Part shown: piece after piece, positions 28,280 to 40,618 of the stretch
How positions within the stretch are numbered: the stretch's first letter is position 1
How the letters are laid out: each line of letters begins with the position of its first letter
Assembly: GCF_009914755.1 (NCBI RefSeq)
Contig: NC_060931.1
Direction: 5' to 3' (one strand)
Origin: the human T2T-CHM13v2.0 reference genome, Homo sapiens
DNA length: 64,000 nucleotides
Notes under the pieces: model-generated
Databases searched by the model: none
Seen by the model: the letters and a program-made list of their open reading frames with translations, nothing else
Told to the model about the DNA's origin: nothing
Program-made: the position numbers and the translations under genes

Positions 28280-29750
28280 ATTATTTATTAAAACATTTAT
28301 TAACTGTGTCCACTGTACTTGATGTAGTGTTAGGTGTTTCAGGTATAAATCAAAGATGTACAAAACGCAGTTGCTGCTCAGAAGGAACTTAATTCTAAAA
28401 GAGAAAAACAGGTAGAAAAAAAGACTAATGCTATGAAGTTAAATAGTTCAAATACATAAAGCGGTTTTAAAGGCATCTGGGAAAACTTTGTGAGTGACTT
28501 AGTTTTGAAGTGGTCCTTGAAGAAAGGCTATTGTGAAAATGATAAATTTTCAAAACTCCTCTTTAGCTGATTTGCCACAATTTAGAAAATGCAAGGGAAC
28601 AGTAGAAATAGACGACATGATCATTATAAGAAAAGGCATGAACTTAAAAAAATACAGAGAGTACATGGAACTCAAAGTTTGCTAATGAGTAGAAGTAGAA
28701 ATAATGTTAGACTTATTTCTTGAGTTTCTTACCTACTGGATACCAAACAATGTCTACATGAAAAAGACATGTTCCCTCTTTTCAAGATATTTTAAAACTA
28801 GTAGGGAAGACAGATACCTCCATAGCAGAATTCTGTGGACTCAGGGTGGTGTGGTGACATAGTAAAAGGGCATTCACCATACACGTAAGGGAGAAGGGCC
28901 TCTGGAGGAAGTGACATCTAAGCTAGTGGCCACAGGACAAGTGACAGTCAGGAAGGAGATAGGGGGACAGTGTTCTAAATAAACGAACCAGCTTGTACAG
29001 AGACTATGCTGGAGGCAAGAGAGAGCAAGGCATGTTTTATGAAACTGCAAGGAGTTCTAGATTCTTTGCTTTAATGAGATTAACCAAATAGTCATATATT
29101 ATATAAGTTGAAGGAAGAAGGGATGGAAGAAGGAAAAATCAGTTAGGAGATTATTTTAGGGAGGCCTGGGAAAAAGTTTTGCCCTATTTTAATTCTGTCT
29201 ATTCACCTGCGTCATCTCATTTTGTAAGAACCTGAATTAGTATGTGAGTGTTACAAATGGAGGCACAGGAATGTCTGTCTGAGTTCAAGCATTAAACTAC
29301 TTGAACACTATTCATAGCATGTGCTAAGTGGGTGATAGCTCCTGGGGCATAATTCTTTCACTGGGGGTGCCTTAGACCTGGAACACTAACATAGTGCCTA
29401 CCTTTCAGCATAAGGAGTAATAAATAGTGAAGGGGTAAACAAGTAGATAAATGTATGAACTTAAGATTTAATATAAAGAGAATGTCTATACATCTAGAAG
29501 CTTCTTGCATGAGTAGCAAGGCTGAAGAAAAAGTGAAAGATGATTTTTAAGCTTGAGCTTAGGTAACTGGAATGATGATGACACAAAAATAGAGAACACA
29601 GGAGGAGAGAATTGAAATGATAATGGGAGTGCAGCAGCAAAGAGCTCCATGTTGGACATAGTTTGAGTTATCAGGAGGACATCATTTGAAAGTATCTATC
29701 AAGTGATTGGAAATGCAGGTCAGGAGCAAGAAGTCAGGGCTGGAGATAAT
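28280..29750 (-). mobile_element. Several old L2 fragments
   Basis: aacatttattaactgtgtccactgt..., ggcctctggaggaagtgacatctaagct, gttggacatagtttgag...caggtcaggagc; boundaries approximate. Confidence 0.55.
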
Positions 29751-29964
29751 ATTTGTTGTATTTTTAGAGAAATAATTCAGTCTTTGATATATTCAAATGC
29801 TTATATTTAGTAATATTATGGTCCTCTCCATCCACACAAGGTCCCAGTACCTCAGCACACACTTTAGGGTTTTCAGCATGGACTTAAGTCTATTGATTGT
29901 CATCCCCTTGCCTGCCCACCTCTGGAGTTCTAACCTTACGGGTGAACCTTTGAGAGGCTTTGAT

Positions 29965-30198
29965 ATTAAAGTATGTTGGATAGCGTGATGAAGTCTGGCA
30001 TGGTCTCTGGAGACAAACTGTCCAAGGTCAAATTTTGGCCCCATCCCTTGCTAGCTGTATGACCTTGGGAAAGTAACTTTGCCTTTCTGTGCCTTCGTGT
30101 CTGCTTCCAAATGGCAATTATAAAAGTACCTAACTTCATAGTGTTATAAGGAATATGTGAAGCAAAGCATGGTGATTACTTAAAACAATGCTGGCCTA
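29965..30198 (+). mobile_element. MIR SINE
   Basis: gctagctgtatgaccttgggaaagtaactttgcctttctgtgcct. Confidence 0.7.
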
Positions 30199-30200
30199 TA

Positions 30201-30473
30201 CAGTTGGCCCTCAGAAAACACTGGTTTGAACTGTGCAGGTCCACTTCTATGCTGATTTTCTTAAATAAATACGGTCGGCCCTCATATCGCAGGGCTCTGC
30301 ATCCACAACCAAATGCAGATCGAAAATACAGCATTCACAGCATGTGAAATCGGAAGATATGGTGGGCCGACTTTTCATATACGCAGGTTCTGCAGGGCTG
30401 ACTGCCGGACTGGAGTGTGCACAGACCCAGATGGTCTTGGAACCAGTCCCCCAGGGATACTGAAAGATGACTA
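30201..30473 (+). mobile_element. TcMar-Tigger MITE (MER2B/Tigger2-like)
   Basis: TA|cagttggccctc...ggtttgaactgtgcaggtccactt...ggaaccagtcccccagggatactgaaagatgact. Confidence 0.8.
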
Positions 30474-32239
30474 CAATAAGAACAATAAGAACTGTCAGCT
30501 GTTAATGTTACTGCCATTTTTTCAGCTGCCCAGTTTTATCACATGTAAAATGGAGCTAGTAAAAGCACAGTCCTCATAGAGTGTCTGTGAAAGTCACATA
30601 AAAAAGAATCCATATAAAGCTCTTTGATCAGGACGTGGTAAGCGCTCCATGGGTTTAAGCAATTATTAATACAGCTCCTACTGGAATAGCAACAGGTAGA
30701 AAATTTGCCAGATTCTCCTGTGTCTTGCATTAGAGTCTCTGAAGGTCAAACTGATATGGGGCACCTAAAACAGAGTATATTTAATACGTGACACATAAGT
30801 TTCCAGGTGTATGATGGATATTTTGAATAAATTGCAGTTTTTCTTGGAAATTTTTCTGACAGCTTTATCTTCTGAAAAAAAAATAAAGAAAGAAAGAAGA
30901 GGGTATTTACCGTAAGATAAATTGAAAGGATAAAACCAAAATTCCAGACCTCTTGGAAAAGCAGGATTATTATTTTGTTCTCTGAGTTTTATGTCAGCAT
31001 CCCTTATTTATTTATGCAATCTTTGGTTTAAAAAGATTGTTTGATATGAAGGGTTAGAGTTTAAGTCACTTCAATTTCCAAATTATATGCTTAAAAAATT
31101 TAACAGCTGTCGTTTTTAGAGAGGCTTACTTCATTTTACCTAAAGTGCTTTTCAGTCTAGAGGGAACACTTAACTGTAGTCACAAATCACTTGCAATATA
31201 CTCATGGTAAGATTTTTTTAAGTTAAATTTGTTTATAAGCCTGCAGCGTCCAAATTTTGTAGATAATATTCTTTCTCCCTTTATTTAATGATTTTTACCT
31301 CTTTTCTCCTCTACTTCCAGACATGAATTGCACACATTACAAATAAGAGCACCCAAATCCCTTTTTATTTGATTAGTTCAGCAAATTGTCTCCTACGGGT
31401 ATGGGCTGAGGACATGATTGGGCTCTGCAGTGATGAGCTTATTTTGTACTTTTACACAGAAAATCTTTATATACAAAAGGCACAGATAGTAGTTACACTC
31501 AGCATGAACAATTACAGCTTGTTGGGAGAGAACCTCTTCCTGATGTGCCAATGGCTTACTCCCATGAATTAAGAGGCAAACGTGCTCCAAAGTGCATTAA
31601 CCTTTATGGATTTTTTTTCGGTTTTCATGTTCCACTGATTTATGGTCTTAAATATGCCTGTTGCTGCTGTTTCTGAATGAGTCCCTTGTAAATCATTTCT
31701 AAATGATCTTTTTCGACTCAGATAATACTAGTGAGTTGAATATATCTCAAATCAATTCCTCTGAGGCTTCTTTCCTTCTTTGCCTAAGTTGTTTTCCAGT
31801 TTGCTCTGTGTCTTAAAAGTCATACCTGAGAGCAGTTGAGAAAGTAAGAAATATATCTTAAAGGAGCCCTGTTTGCTGGGGGCGCCTTCTTTCTGCAGAC
31901 TGAGTTGTTTCCAGCCTTTTGCATGGCCTCACTTGGGTTTGATTCCCAAAGCCCATTTGTCATCTGAGTATAGCTAACGGGTCATAGTTCTTTGTACAAG
32001 GATGGGCCCATGTCTGGGGGTGGATTTTATTATGAGTTGTAGGTTGATTTTTTTTTTTACATATAAATCTACCATGGTAGGGATTTTGAATATACTGTGT
32101 TCTCATAAATAGTCCATGATTTCCCTTAGAGTGGTGTGCAGAAAGTGTCATCAGAATGCAGGACTCTGTTATTAGTGCTGTTTGCCATCTTTGTACATGG
32201 GCCCATATCTCTCCTGAAAAGTTCTGCATTTGACAGTTA

Positions 32240-32345
32240 GTGTTTCATTCTCATTCTGGGTCCAAAGATTATTTCAGTTTGCTGGATTTAGGGTGTTTCA
32301 TTCTCATTCTGGGTCCAAAGATTATTTCAGTTTGCTGGATTTAGG
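32240..32345. repeat. Perfect 53-bp tandem duplication (2 copies)
   Basis: gtgtttcattctcattctgggtccaaagattatttcagtttgctggatttagg at 32240-32292 and 32293-32345. Confidence 0.97.
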
Positions 32346-32419
32346 GGGAATGTGCATTTTATTTTCTCTTTGTAACTCATGTATCATTCATGCTACAGGC
32401 TTGTTTTTACTGTTGTTTG

Positions 32420-33233
32420 CATTCTTTACATAAAACCAAAACTCAAAATCAAAGGTACAGAATTCTGATGCAGATCTGTGGCTTTTGTAGCACACGTAAT
32501 TCATTCATGATGGTGTCACAAACAGTATGTCACCGTTTATTGCCAATTAAAATTTTAATGCATGCTTTTATACACAATCTGTGTCATATAACAATATTAA
32601 ATGTGACAGTAGAGGATTGGCACAATGAGGATGGGACCGTGTGGACTTACTTTTGATCATGCAAAGCTTCCGCAGACCTGTAAATGTCATGCAACTTTTC
32701 ACATAGAAATCTTGGACTAAAATGGAGATGAAAGAGTTCAGATTCATTTTTTTAGTCTTTATTAATAGGAGAGATTCAGAGCTTCTCAGTAAGGATGGTA
32801 CATCTCTGCAGAGTCAAGACTAGATTAGAAAACATGTAAGAGGAAATGATATGTTGAGAGATCCTGCAAAATGCAGAAGTCATAAAGGATAAATCACGCG
32901 TTTCTATTGGTTGTGATACATGGAATCAGCAGGAAAATTCCAAGACCTCCCAAATATCTATATTAATGTGTACGTTATTCATCCTAAACTACCAAATTAT
33001 ATGTAATGATATACAGCAAAGTCAGGAGATAGCAAAGTGAAAAGTTTATGTTGTATGATACAGAGCATATATAAATGTACACATTAAAAGACATAATTAG
33101 CAATAAACAGTGATTCACTGTTTGTGAAAGAGTCATGCATGAATTACTTGTGCTCTAAAACCAGAATCCTGAATTTGAATATTCTGAAATTTGTACCTTT
33201 GATTTTGTATTTTGGTTTCATGAAAAATGAATG
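32420..33233. mobile_element. Unassigned foldback element with ~185-bp imperfect inverted arms (probable ancient DNA transposon)
   Basis: 32420-32600 aligns to the reverse complement of 33043-33233 (caaaatcaaaggtaca exact; tcacaaacagt; gtttattgc.aatt). Confidence 0.75.
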
Positions 33234-33237
33234 ATGT

Positions 33238-33362
33238 GCTCTCATGATTAGACTCAAGTTGCGCATTTTTAGCAAGAGTAGCAGAAAACAATACTGTGTT
33301 CTTCTTTATATCATATCAGAAGGCACATGATGTCCATTTTGTCCCATTATTAGTGATGCTGG
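33238..33362 (-). mobile_element. L1MC-type 3' end fragment
   Basis: tctcatgattagactcaagttgcgcattttt...aggcacatgatgtccattttgtcccattattagtgatg. Confidence 0.65.
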
Positions 33363-33878
33363 CCGTCGAATTTTAAAAAGCTTTTTAGGATATGAATGTA
33401 AGGAATACTTATTTAATAAGCAATTATTTTTATTCAAATAAATAAAACATCACTGCTGTCATTGCAGCTTCTACAATACGATATAGGACCTCTCTGTTAA
33501 AGGATATTTCCAGCTGGTAGCAGCCACAATTCTTGGCTGAGATGAAATGGAAGAAATGGAGCTGTACAGTGAAACAGAATTTGTGATAAGGCTGGGCTAA
33601 GTGAGGGATGCTTGAGTGAAATTTTAATTAGTTTATAATTTCCCTTGATAGCAATCAAATCAAGATTAAAATTTTGAAAATATTGGGTGAAATGTTCATA
33701 GTGTGTCCTCATGTGTGCATTCCAAAGGACACATAACTTGCTGCAAGAAAGTAAATTCAACAACACAGGTATTGCATATGTACATACATTTAGAGGGCCT
33801 TTAGTTGAGAATCTGAAAAGGAAAGCTTCAATTAAATATTTATAAATATTAGAATTTAGACGATAAGATCCATGCTTT

Positions 33879-34226
33879 ATTTTATTTTATTTTATTTTAT
33901 TTTATTTTATTTTATTTTATTTTATTTTATTTTATTTTATTTTTTAGATGGAGTCTTGCTGTGTTGCCCAGGCTGGAGTGCAGTGGCACAATCTTGGCTC
34001 ACTGCAACCTCCGCCTCCCAGGTTCAAGCAATTCTCCTGCTTGTTTCCCGAGTAGCTGGGTCTACAGGCACCCGCCACCATGCCCTGGGGCTAATTTTTT
34101 GTGTTTTTAGTGGAGACAGGGTTTTACCATGTTAGCCAGGATGGTCTCGATCTCCTGACCTCGTGGTCTGCCTGCCTTGGCCTCTCAAAGTGCTGGGATT
34201 ACAGGTATGAGCCACCGCGCCCGGCC
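33879..34226 (-). mobile_element. AluS (Sc-like) with a long (TTTTA)n tail
   Basis: 13-bp TSD agatccatgcttt at 33866-33878 and 34227-34239. Confidence 0.94.
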
Positions 34227-35524
34227 AGATCCATGCTTTAAACATTTGAAAGCAATGAGAGTCAGTTGCATACTCGCATTTTTTGTTTTTTTGTTTCTCC
34301 TACTTTACAACCTTAAGTTTAGGAGGCTGATCTGAATAAGGGTCCTCAAAATCCTGTGATGAGACGCTCCCCATACAGCATTATGTATACCCTTTTCTTT
34401 ACTCTCATAGTCTCTTTTTCCATATACACAGATATACCTGTATGTTGTGTTTCCCTGCTCATCATTTACAGGGGATAGGAAACCCCTGGTGTAAAAGTAC
34501 TTCACGAGATTAAATAATACTCTTTTGACAGGGCTCCATCTGTGTTCTAACTTAACTTTGAAGTGAAGTATTTTCTTTTCTAATGAGATACTTTTCACTG
34601 TTAAAAATTCAATGTTTTCATACTTCCATAGAGCTAATGAGGAGCATTGTTGGGAAAATTGGGCTTTTTGATTATTCTCTTCTATACCCTTGACTCTCAC
34701 TCCTGTCTCCCATTCAACAGATCATTTTTAAATGCTTACTAGGTGAAAGGATCCATCCAGTACACTGTGGTAAATTGGGGAAAATAAAATAAAGACTCAC
34801 CAAAAATGTTGAAGAGCTGCTTGCAATATTTTAATTTGTGGAAATAATTCAACAGAAGCAAAATGAAGATGTTCCCTAGTAGCTGTTTGGTTAATAAAAC
34901 TGTTCATTAGCTTGGTAGAATGAATCTGTAATATTCTGTCAAAGAACAGAATACAAAGTAGTGTGAACAGCCATATTGCACAAAATATAAAACAGTGTGG
35001 GATGTGGATAAGAATGAGAGGATCCTCTGTCAATAAGAATTACTGGTTTACATTCGAATGGTGGAGATATGGGATGATTTTTTAAAAATTTTGTATTGAA
35101 ATCTGTAGTCCAAACTCTTAGGAGAAGGGCATTACATGCCAGATAGATTATGTCCTAGTTTCAGGAACTATGGGTTATGATCAAAGGACCTTTTAATTAT
35201 TTTATCCAATATTTTATTCAATAAATATTTCCTACAAGTCTACTGTGTGCCAGTCATAGAGTAGCACTACTAGGCATGAAGGATTCAGCAGTTAGCAATT
35301 TACACTTTGCGCCTGGCCACGTGGGGTTTTTTGCTCATTCCTACATCCATTTATTAGTGAAATATTCCAAGTATTAACCTAATGGTCTGAATTGTCAACT
35401 AGGGATGATTAGATATGAAAATAAGGGAGCAAAGTGAAAAGTGAAAAAAAAAATCATACAATATTTCACACTTTCCTCTAATCTCCAGCCTCATCAGAGT
35501 TTATGTAAGATAGTAATTCTAAAA

Positions 35525-35760
35525 ACCGCAGCAGCACCATTTACTAAGCAGTTACTGTGTGCCGGTCTCTGTTTTGAGTGCTTAATTTTCATTTCCTCAT
35601 TAAACCATCAAAACAATCTTGTGAGGTAGGTAGTGTTATTGTAGCCATTTTACAGAAGACACAAGTAAAGCCAAGAGAGGCTAAGTAACCTGCTCGAGAC
35701 TGTGCATTCCAGGTCCAAACTCTGGAAGCCCTACTGTAAGTGTTCCTCTCTTGACCACTC
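35525..35760 (-). mobile_element. MIR SINE
   Basis: ccatttactaagcagttactgtgtgcc...gtgaggtaggtagtgttattgtagccattttacaga. Confidence 0.75.
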
Positions 35761-35887
35761 TCCTTCTCTAAGTCACTCCCCTCTGCAGAGTGACACTGAG
35801 TGAGGTTCATCTCCTGGATGGCTAGGAAGGCTCATTTTCTGTGTCCTTCCTGCCCATGAAGGGTAGGTTGCCCATTTAATGTAACTA

Positions 35888-36215
35888 CTTTTTTTCATTT
35901 TTCATTTTTATTTATTTTTAATTGAAAAATAGAAATTATATTCATTTATGATATACATGTTTTGAAATACATATACGTTGTGGGATGGCTACATTGAGCT
36001 AAGTAACATGTATTACTTCACATATTTATTTTTTGTGATGAGAACACATAAACTCTGCTCTCTTAGTGATTTCTAGTATCCACACATTGTTACTAACTAT
36101 AGTCACCATGCCGTGTATTAGATCTCTTGATCTCTTGAATTTACCCCTCCTGGAAATTTTGTAACCTTTGACCAACATCTCCTCCCCTCCCCCATCCCTT
36201 AGCCCCCGTTCTATC
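35888..36215 (-). mobile_element. L1MA-type 3' end
   Basis: ttactaactatagtcaccatgc...attagatctcttga...tttgtaacctttgaccaacatctcc. Confidence 0.85.
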
Positions 36216-37399
36216 CATTTTTCACTGAGGTAAAGAAACACTAAGGGACTGGCGAAACAGCCTTAATATTTCTCTTTCATTCTCACCCACATGTTTTGTG
36301 CTTCTGTACAGGGAGGTCCCTTGCCGCTCTGAAAGCAGATTTGGAAACATGTTGAATGAGTCCCCTCCAGTTAGGGCTGACAACGTCAACCTGTATGTGT
36401 CATGTGAGATGGATGTGTATGCTTTAAGGAAAAAATGATTTGAATTTGAAAGAAATCACTCAGCCAAAAGCGATGGGGGCCCCTTTGTCTGTGCTGCTCG
36501 GCACAGTTCATATTTTAGGTACACGAAAGGCAAATATGGGACTAGAAAGAAAGAAAATGAGGCTAATTTAGAGTCTTCTGCCCATCTGTTTATGAGCAGA
36601 TTGACTAGTAAAAGTTTTGTTCTGATAAATGTTAAATATTTTGAAAATGTCAGAAGTATACTCAGAAAACTCTTTTCCAAAGTCCCTTTGAAGAAAATAG
36701 AGATTCTGATGATTAATTCTCATAATATTAAAAAATAATAAAAAGAGTTTCGGTGTATTTACTCATTAGCAAATTAATAACAGTGGTTTTCTTTTGGAAG
36801 GCAACCAAGTAGACTAGGATGCACCTGGGTAGAGTATCTTTTTGGGAGTTAGATGAGAACAGAAGGGGTCATCGCAGCAGGATGTGGTATTTGGAGATCT
36901 TCAAATTGTGGCCATGCTTAACCATCTACTTTTATTTCATTTTTCCCTGCCTTCTTTCACTCACCCTCTCTTTAAAGATCCATTATATTTTGGTTTTGGT
37001 CGTATTTTATTTTTCTTTCACATTGATAACATCAGTTAAGAAGCCTCAATGCTCTTTCTTGTGCCTTCTCAATTTCATCTTTCTTTGAAGGAAAGCTACT
37101 TTTTTCATTGTGATAATCCTATATATACACCATCTTCATCCCCCCACCACACATACACCCCAGGGGTTAATAGAGCGTTTAACTGGTAATATGTAAGATT
37201 AACTGCAATGTATTGGTTTAGTAAGTAAAGAAAACTCTTTACTAGGTTAAACAGCTAAACTTAAGGAACTATTATACAGCAATTTATTAAATATAGTCTT
37301 TGATATGTGTAGGCAATTTTAAAATTTTCTAATTTAATGTTATTTGAGTAGCTAATACATTAACAGTTTTTAACAATCAAATGATTATTAAAAGTTATA

Positions 37400-38240
37400 A
37401 TTCAAAAGTCTAATTTCTACTCCTCTCCCAGACCTGACCCCCACCCCTGCCTCCTATGGGTACTTAGTCGTTTTTTTGAGACTTCCCAGGATGTCTTTAT
37501 GCTAAAATAAACAAATGGGTATATAATTGTTATATAGAGGTTAGTGTAGTAAATACTGCTAACCGTAGATTGATCTGAGCTTGCTTTTTTTCCTTGTAAC
37601 AATATATCCTGGAGGTCTTTTCACATTAGTACATCCAAAGTTTCCACATTTGGGGGTAGAGGGAGCTGTACAGTATTCCAAAATGTAAATATCCCACAGT
37701 TTATTTATTCCCTAATTGATGAACTTTTAGGTTATTCCCAGTCTTTTGCCTAAAAACAATGCTGTAATGATCTATATACTCTGTATGTAGATGATCACAT
37801 CCATATTTAGATATAGCTCCCAGAAGAATTTCCCAGGAGTGAGATTTCTGGGCGATAAAGAAATTCATCTGGCTTTTTGAATAATAGTGCCAACCTGCCT
37901 TCCATAAGGGTTGTACTATTTTTCACTCATGTCAGTAATATATGAGAATGCCTCTTTCTTCACACTTATAGCAACAGAGTGTGTTTTCAAACTTTTGGAA
38001 CTTGGCCAATTGCATTGTTGTAAAAATTGGTATCTTAGTATAGTTTACTTTGCATTTTTCTTATGAATGAAAAATTTCTTCTAATGTTTAATGGTCATTG
38101 TATTGACTACAAATAGTCTTTTCATGTGTTTTGATAAATTTTTTTACTAAGTCATTTGGTTTTTTTTCTTGTTGAGTTCTAGCCATCATCTGTGATATAA
38201 ATTGTAAATATATCTTCCCAGTTGGTTATTCATTTTATGT
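37400..38240 (-). mobile_element. Old L1ME-type fragment
   Basis: ttgatgaacttttaggttattcccagtcttttgc...aacaatgctgtaatga..., tatatgagaatgcct. Confidence 0.7.
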
Positions 38241-38290
38241 TTTCATTGATATTCTTCTCCTCTTTTTTGAGAAGAAATTGAAGTACAATA

Positions 38291-39601
38291 CAGCTCTTCC
38301 TTTCCATAGCATTGTGGAACTGTAAAAATGACCATGCAAGCTGAAACCATGCAAAGCAATCTTAATCAATGAGGATAGTCACAATTATTTCATGACTTTA
38401 AAATTTTTTATCAAAACGTTAAAAACTTTTGGGAGGCCGAAGCGGGCAGATCACATGAGGCCAGCAGTTCAAGACCAGCCTGGCCAACATGGCAAAACTC
38501 CATCCCTACTAAAAATAGAAAAAAATTAGCTGGGCGTGGTGGTGCACACCTGTAATCCCAGATACTAGGGAGGCTGAGGCAGGAGAATCACTTGAACCCA
38601 GGAGGTGGAGGTGAGCCGAGATCGTACCACTGTACTCCATCCTGGGTGACGGAGTAAGACTGCTTCAAAAAAAAAAAAAAAAAGACAAAAACAAAAAACT
38701 CTATTCCTGGCATTTATAAATATATACAGAAATGAAAAATAAGAAAACTGATATGTATTTAGTACACTGTAACATTAGAAACATTGACAAAGTGTTTTAT
38801 TTTTTGTTAAAATCTTATCAAGAGTAGTATAGCAGTGCTTGCCGCTGTCTTATTTGCTTTGCAATATACAGCAAGCATCTTTTCTGGGTGAACTATCATA
38901 CTTCTGAGTTTGGCTCGGTTGCCAGCATTTTATCCTTTATTTTTTCTGTGTTGTGAAATATCTCCAAGAGTTTTTTTAAGTGTGAAATTTGTTGCCAACA
39001 TCACTTCCTCTGGCTTCTCATCTCTCTTCATCCTCTGCATCCCTTTGGTCACAACCACCTTCCTCATTTGTGCTGGCCTTCAGTCTGGCTATGCCTCTCC
39101 AATGGCAGCAGTGTCAACATTCCCAGGGTCAGCTCTTTCTCCTGTAACTCCGTTTACATTCAGTTCAAATTTCACTTCCAGTGTTATCACTTTGCGGTAC
39201 TTTTATCTTTGTTGGCCAATTCCCTCTTTCAATGATCCATTTTTATAAAATGCCACATGGATTTATCAGTGGGGGACAGGGAGGCACCACAGCTGCTTGC
39301 TTTGCTCCCTGTCCATGAAGTGAATAACAAATGCACAGTGACCAGTTGCTAATAGACATTGGAAGAAGGGATGTGATTGGTCACTAATCATGATGAACAC
39401 ACATCGGTTATTTACACAGGGATTTCAGAGGAGCTACCAACAAAGTTTATACTTTAGTTACTTAAGTTTAATGTACTGTGGTGACTACACTGTGGTATTG
39501 AGGTATTTAAACTATGTAATTGATGGACTGATGTTATTTAACTAAAAAACAGTAGTAACTTCAATTTGTTCATATTAAACCACACAAATCAGGGCTGCCT
39601 G
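38291..39601 (-). mobile_element. TcMar-Tigger deletion derivative (Tigger13a-like) containing an Alu
   Basis: TA|cag...ctg|TA termini; minus-strand start caggcagccctgatttgtgtgg; remnant peptide KYRKVITLEVKFE (39164-39202, minus strand) resembles the psq/CENP-B HTH start of Tigger transposases. Confidence 0.75.
38425..38692 (+). mobile_element. 5'-truncated AluS inside the Tigger element
   Basis: tttgggaggccgaagcgggcagatcac...; poly-A tail; aaaaact on both sides. Confidence 0.92.
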
Positions 39602-39900
39602 TATAGAAAATTAAAAAGAATTTAATAATAAATTTATTTTGTTATTAAAATAAGAATTTTAATAAATCTATACTCATCTCTGAGACTTGACAATCATTAA
39701 CATTCTGTTATGTATTCTTTAAGGGTTTTTAATAGAGGAAATAGATCATTGCAAGTAAGGTTGAAGTTCTCCTTTGTCCTCCAACTCCCATCCCATTCCC
39801 TTTCTTAACCTCTGAACTCACATATCATCATGAATTTTAGAGTATCCTTCATTCTCTCTCTGTTTCTCTCTTTTTGACATTTATATATATACATGTAAAG

Positions 39901-40243
39901 CAGCAATCCCCAACCTTTTTTGGCACAAGCACTGGCTTCATGGAAGACAATGTTTCCACGGACAAGGGTTGGGGGAAAGATGGTTTCGGAATGAAATTTC
40001 CACCACAGGTCAGATATTAGACTCTCATAAGGAACATGCAACCTAGATCCCTCACATGCACAGCTCACGGTAGGGTTCATGCTTCTATGACAATCTAATG
40101 TGATTGCTGATCTGACAGGAGGCGGAGCTCAGGTGGTAATGCTCGCCCAGCTGGCTGCTCACCACCTGCTGTGCGGTCTGGTTCCTAACAGGCCACAGAC
40201 CCGTACTGGTTCATCGCCCGGTGTGGGGGTAGGGGGACCCCTG
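39901..40243 (+). mobile_element. MER1B (hAT-Charlie MITE)
   Basis: cagcaatccccaacctttttt...gggacccctg; perfect 8-bp TSD atgtaaag at 39893-39900 and 40244-40251. Confidence 0.93.
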
Positions 40244-40618
40244 ATGTAAAGGTTTCGGTGGGAAATATGTACTCTTCGGGGATGTGCTTTTTAATTTCAC
40301 AATAATTTGTGTTTTTTGTTTTTCACATTTTCCCATTGTTTCTTGTAGTCTTATCTCCTTCTGGAATTAAAAATAATTTTTGTCTTCTCCTTTTCCCCCC
40401 ATTTTTAGAAGTCATGTTTTCTGTTTCATCCTATTTCTATTCAATTAGTGGAGTAATTTAGATTTTTACAAGATTAAAAATTATATAGAGATGAGTATTA
40501 TTGATGACCTGCCCTCTTCACAGAAATAGCCAACACTAGATATACTCATGTCCTCATGTCGTATTTATATAACATTTTCCTCATAAATTTAATAACCTTC
40601 TTACTGTTTGTCCTCCAG

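Noticed and set aside
34305-34700. 131-aa minus-strand ORF
   Set aside because: No recognisable domain, non-ATG start, no splice support; expected by chance in 64 kb
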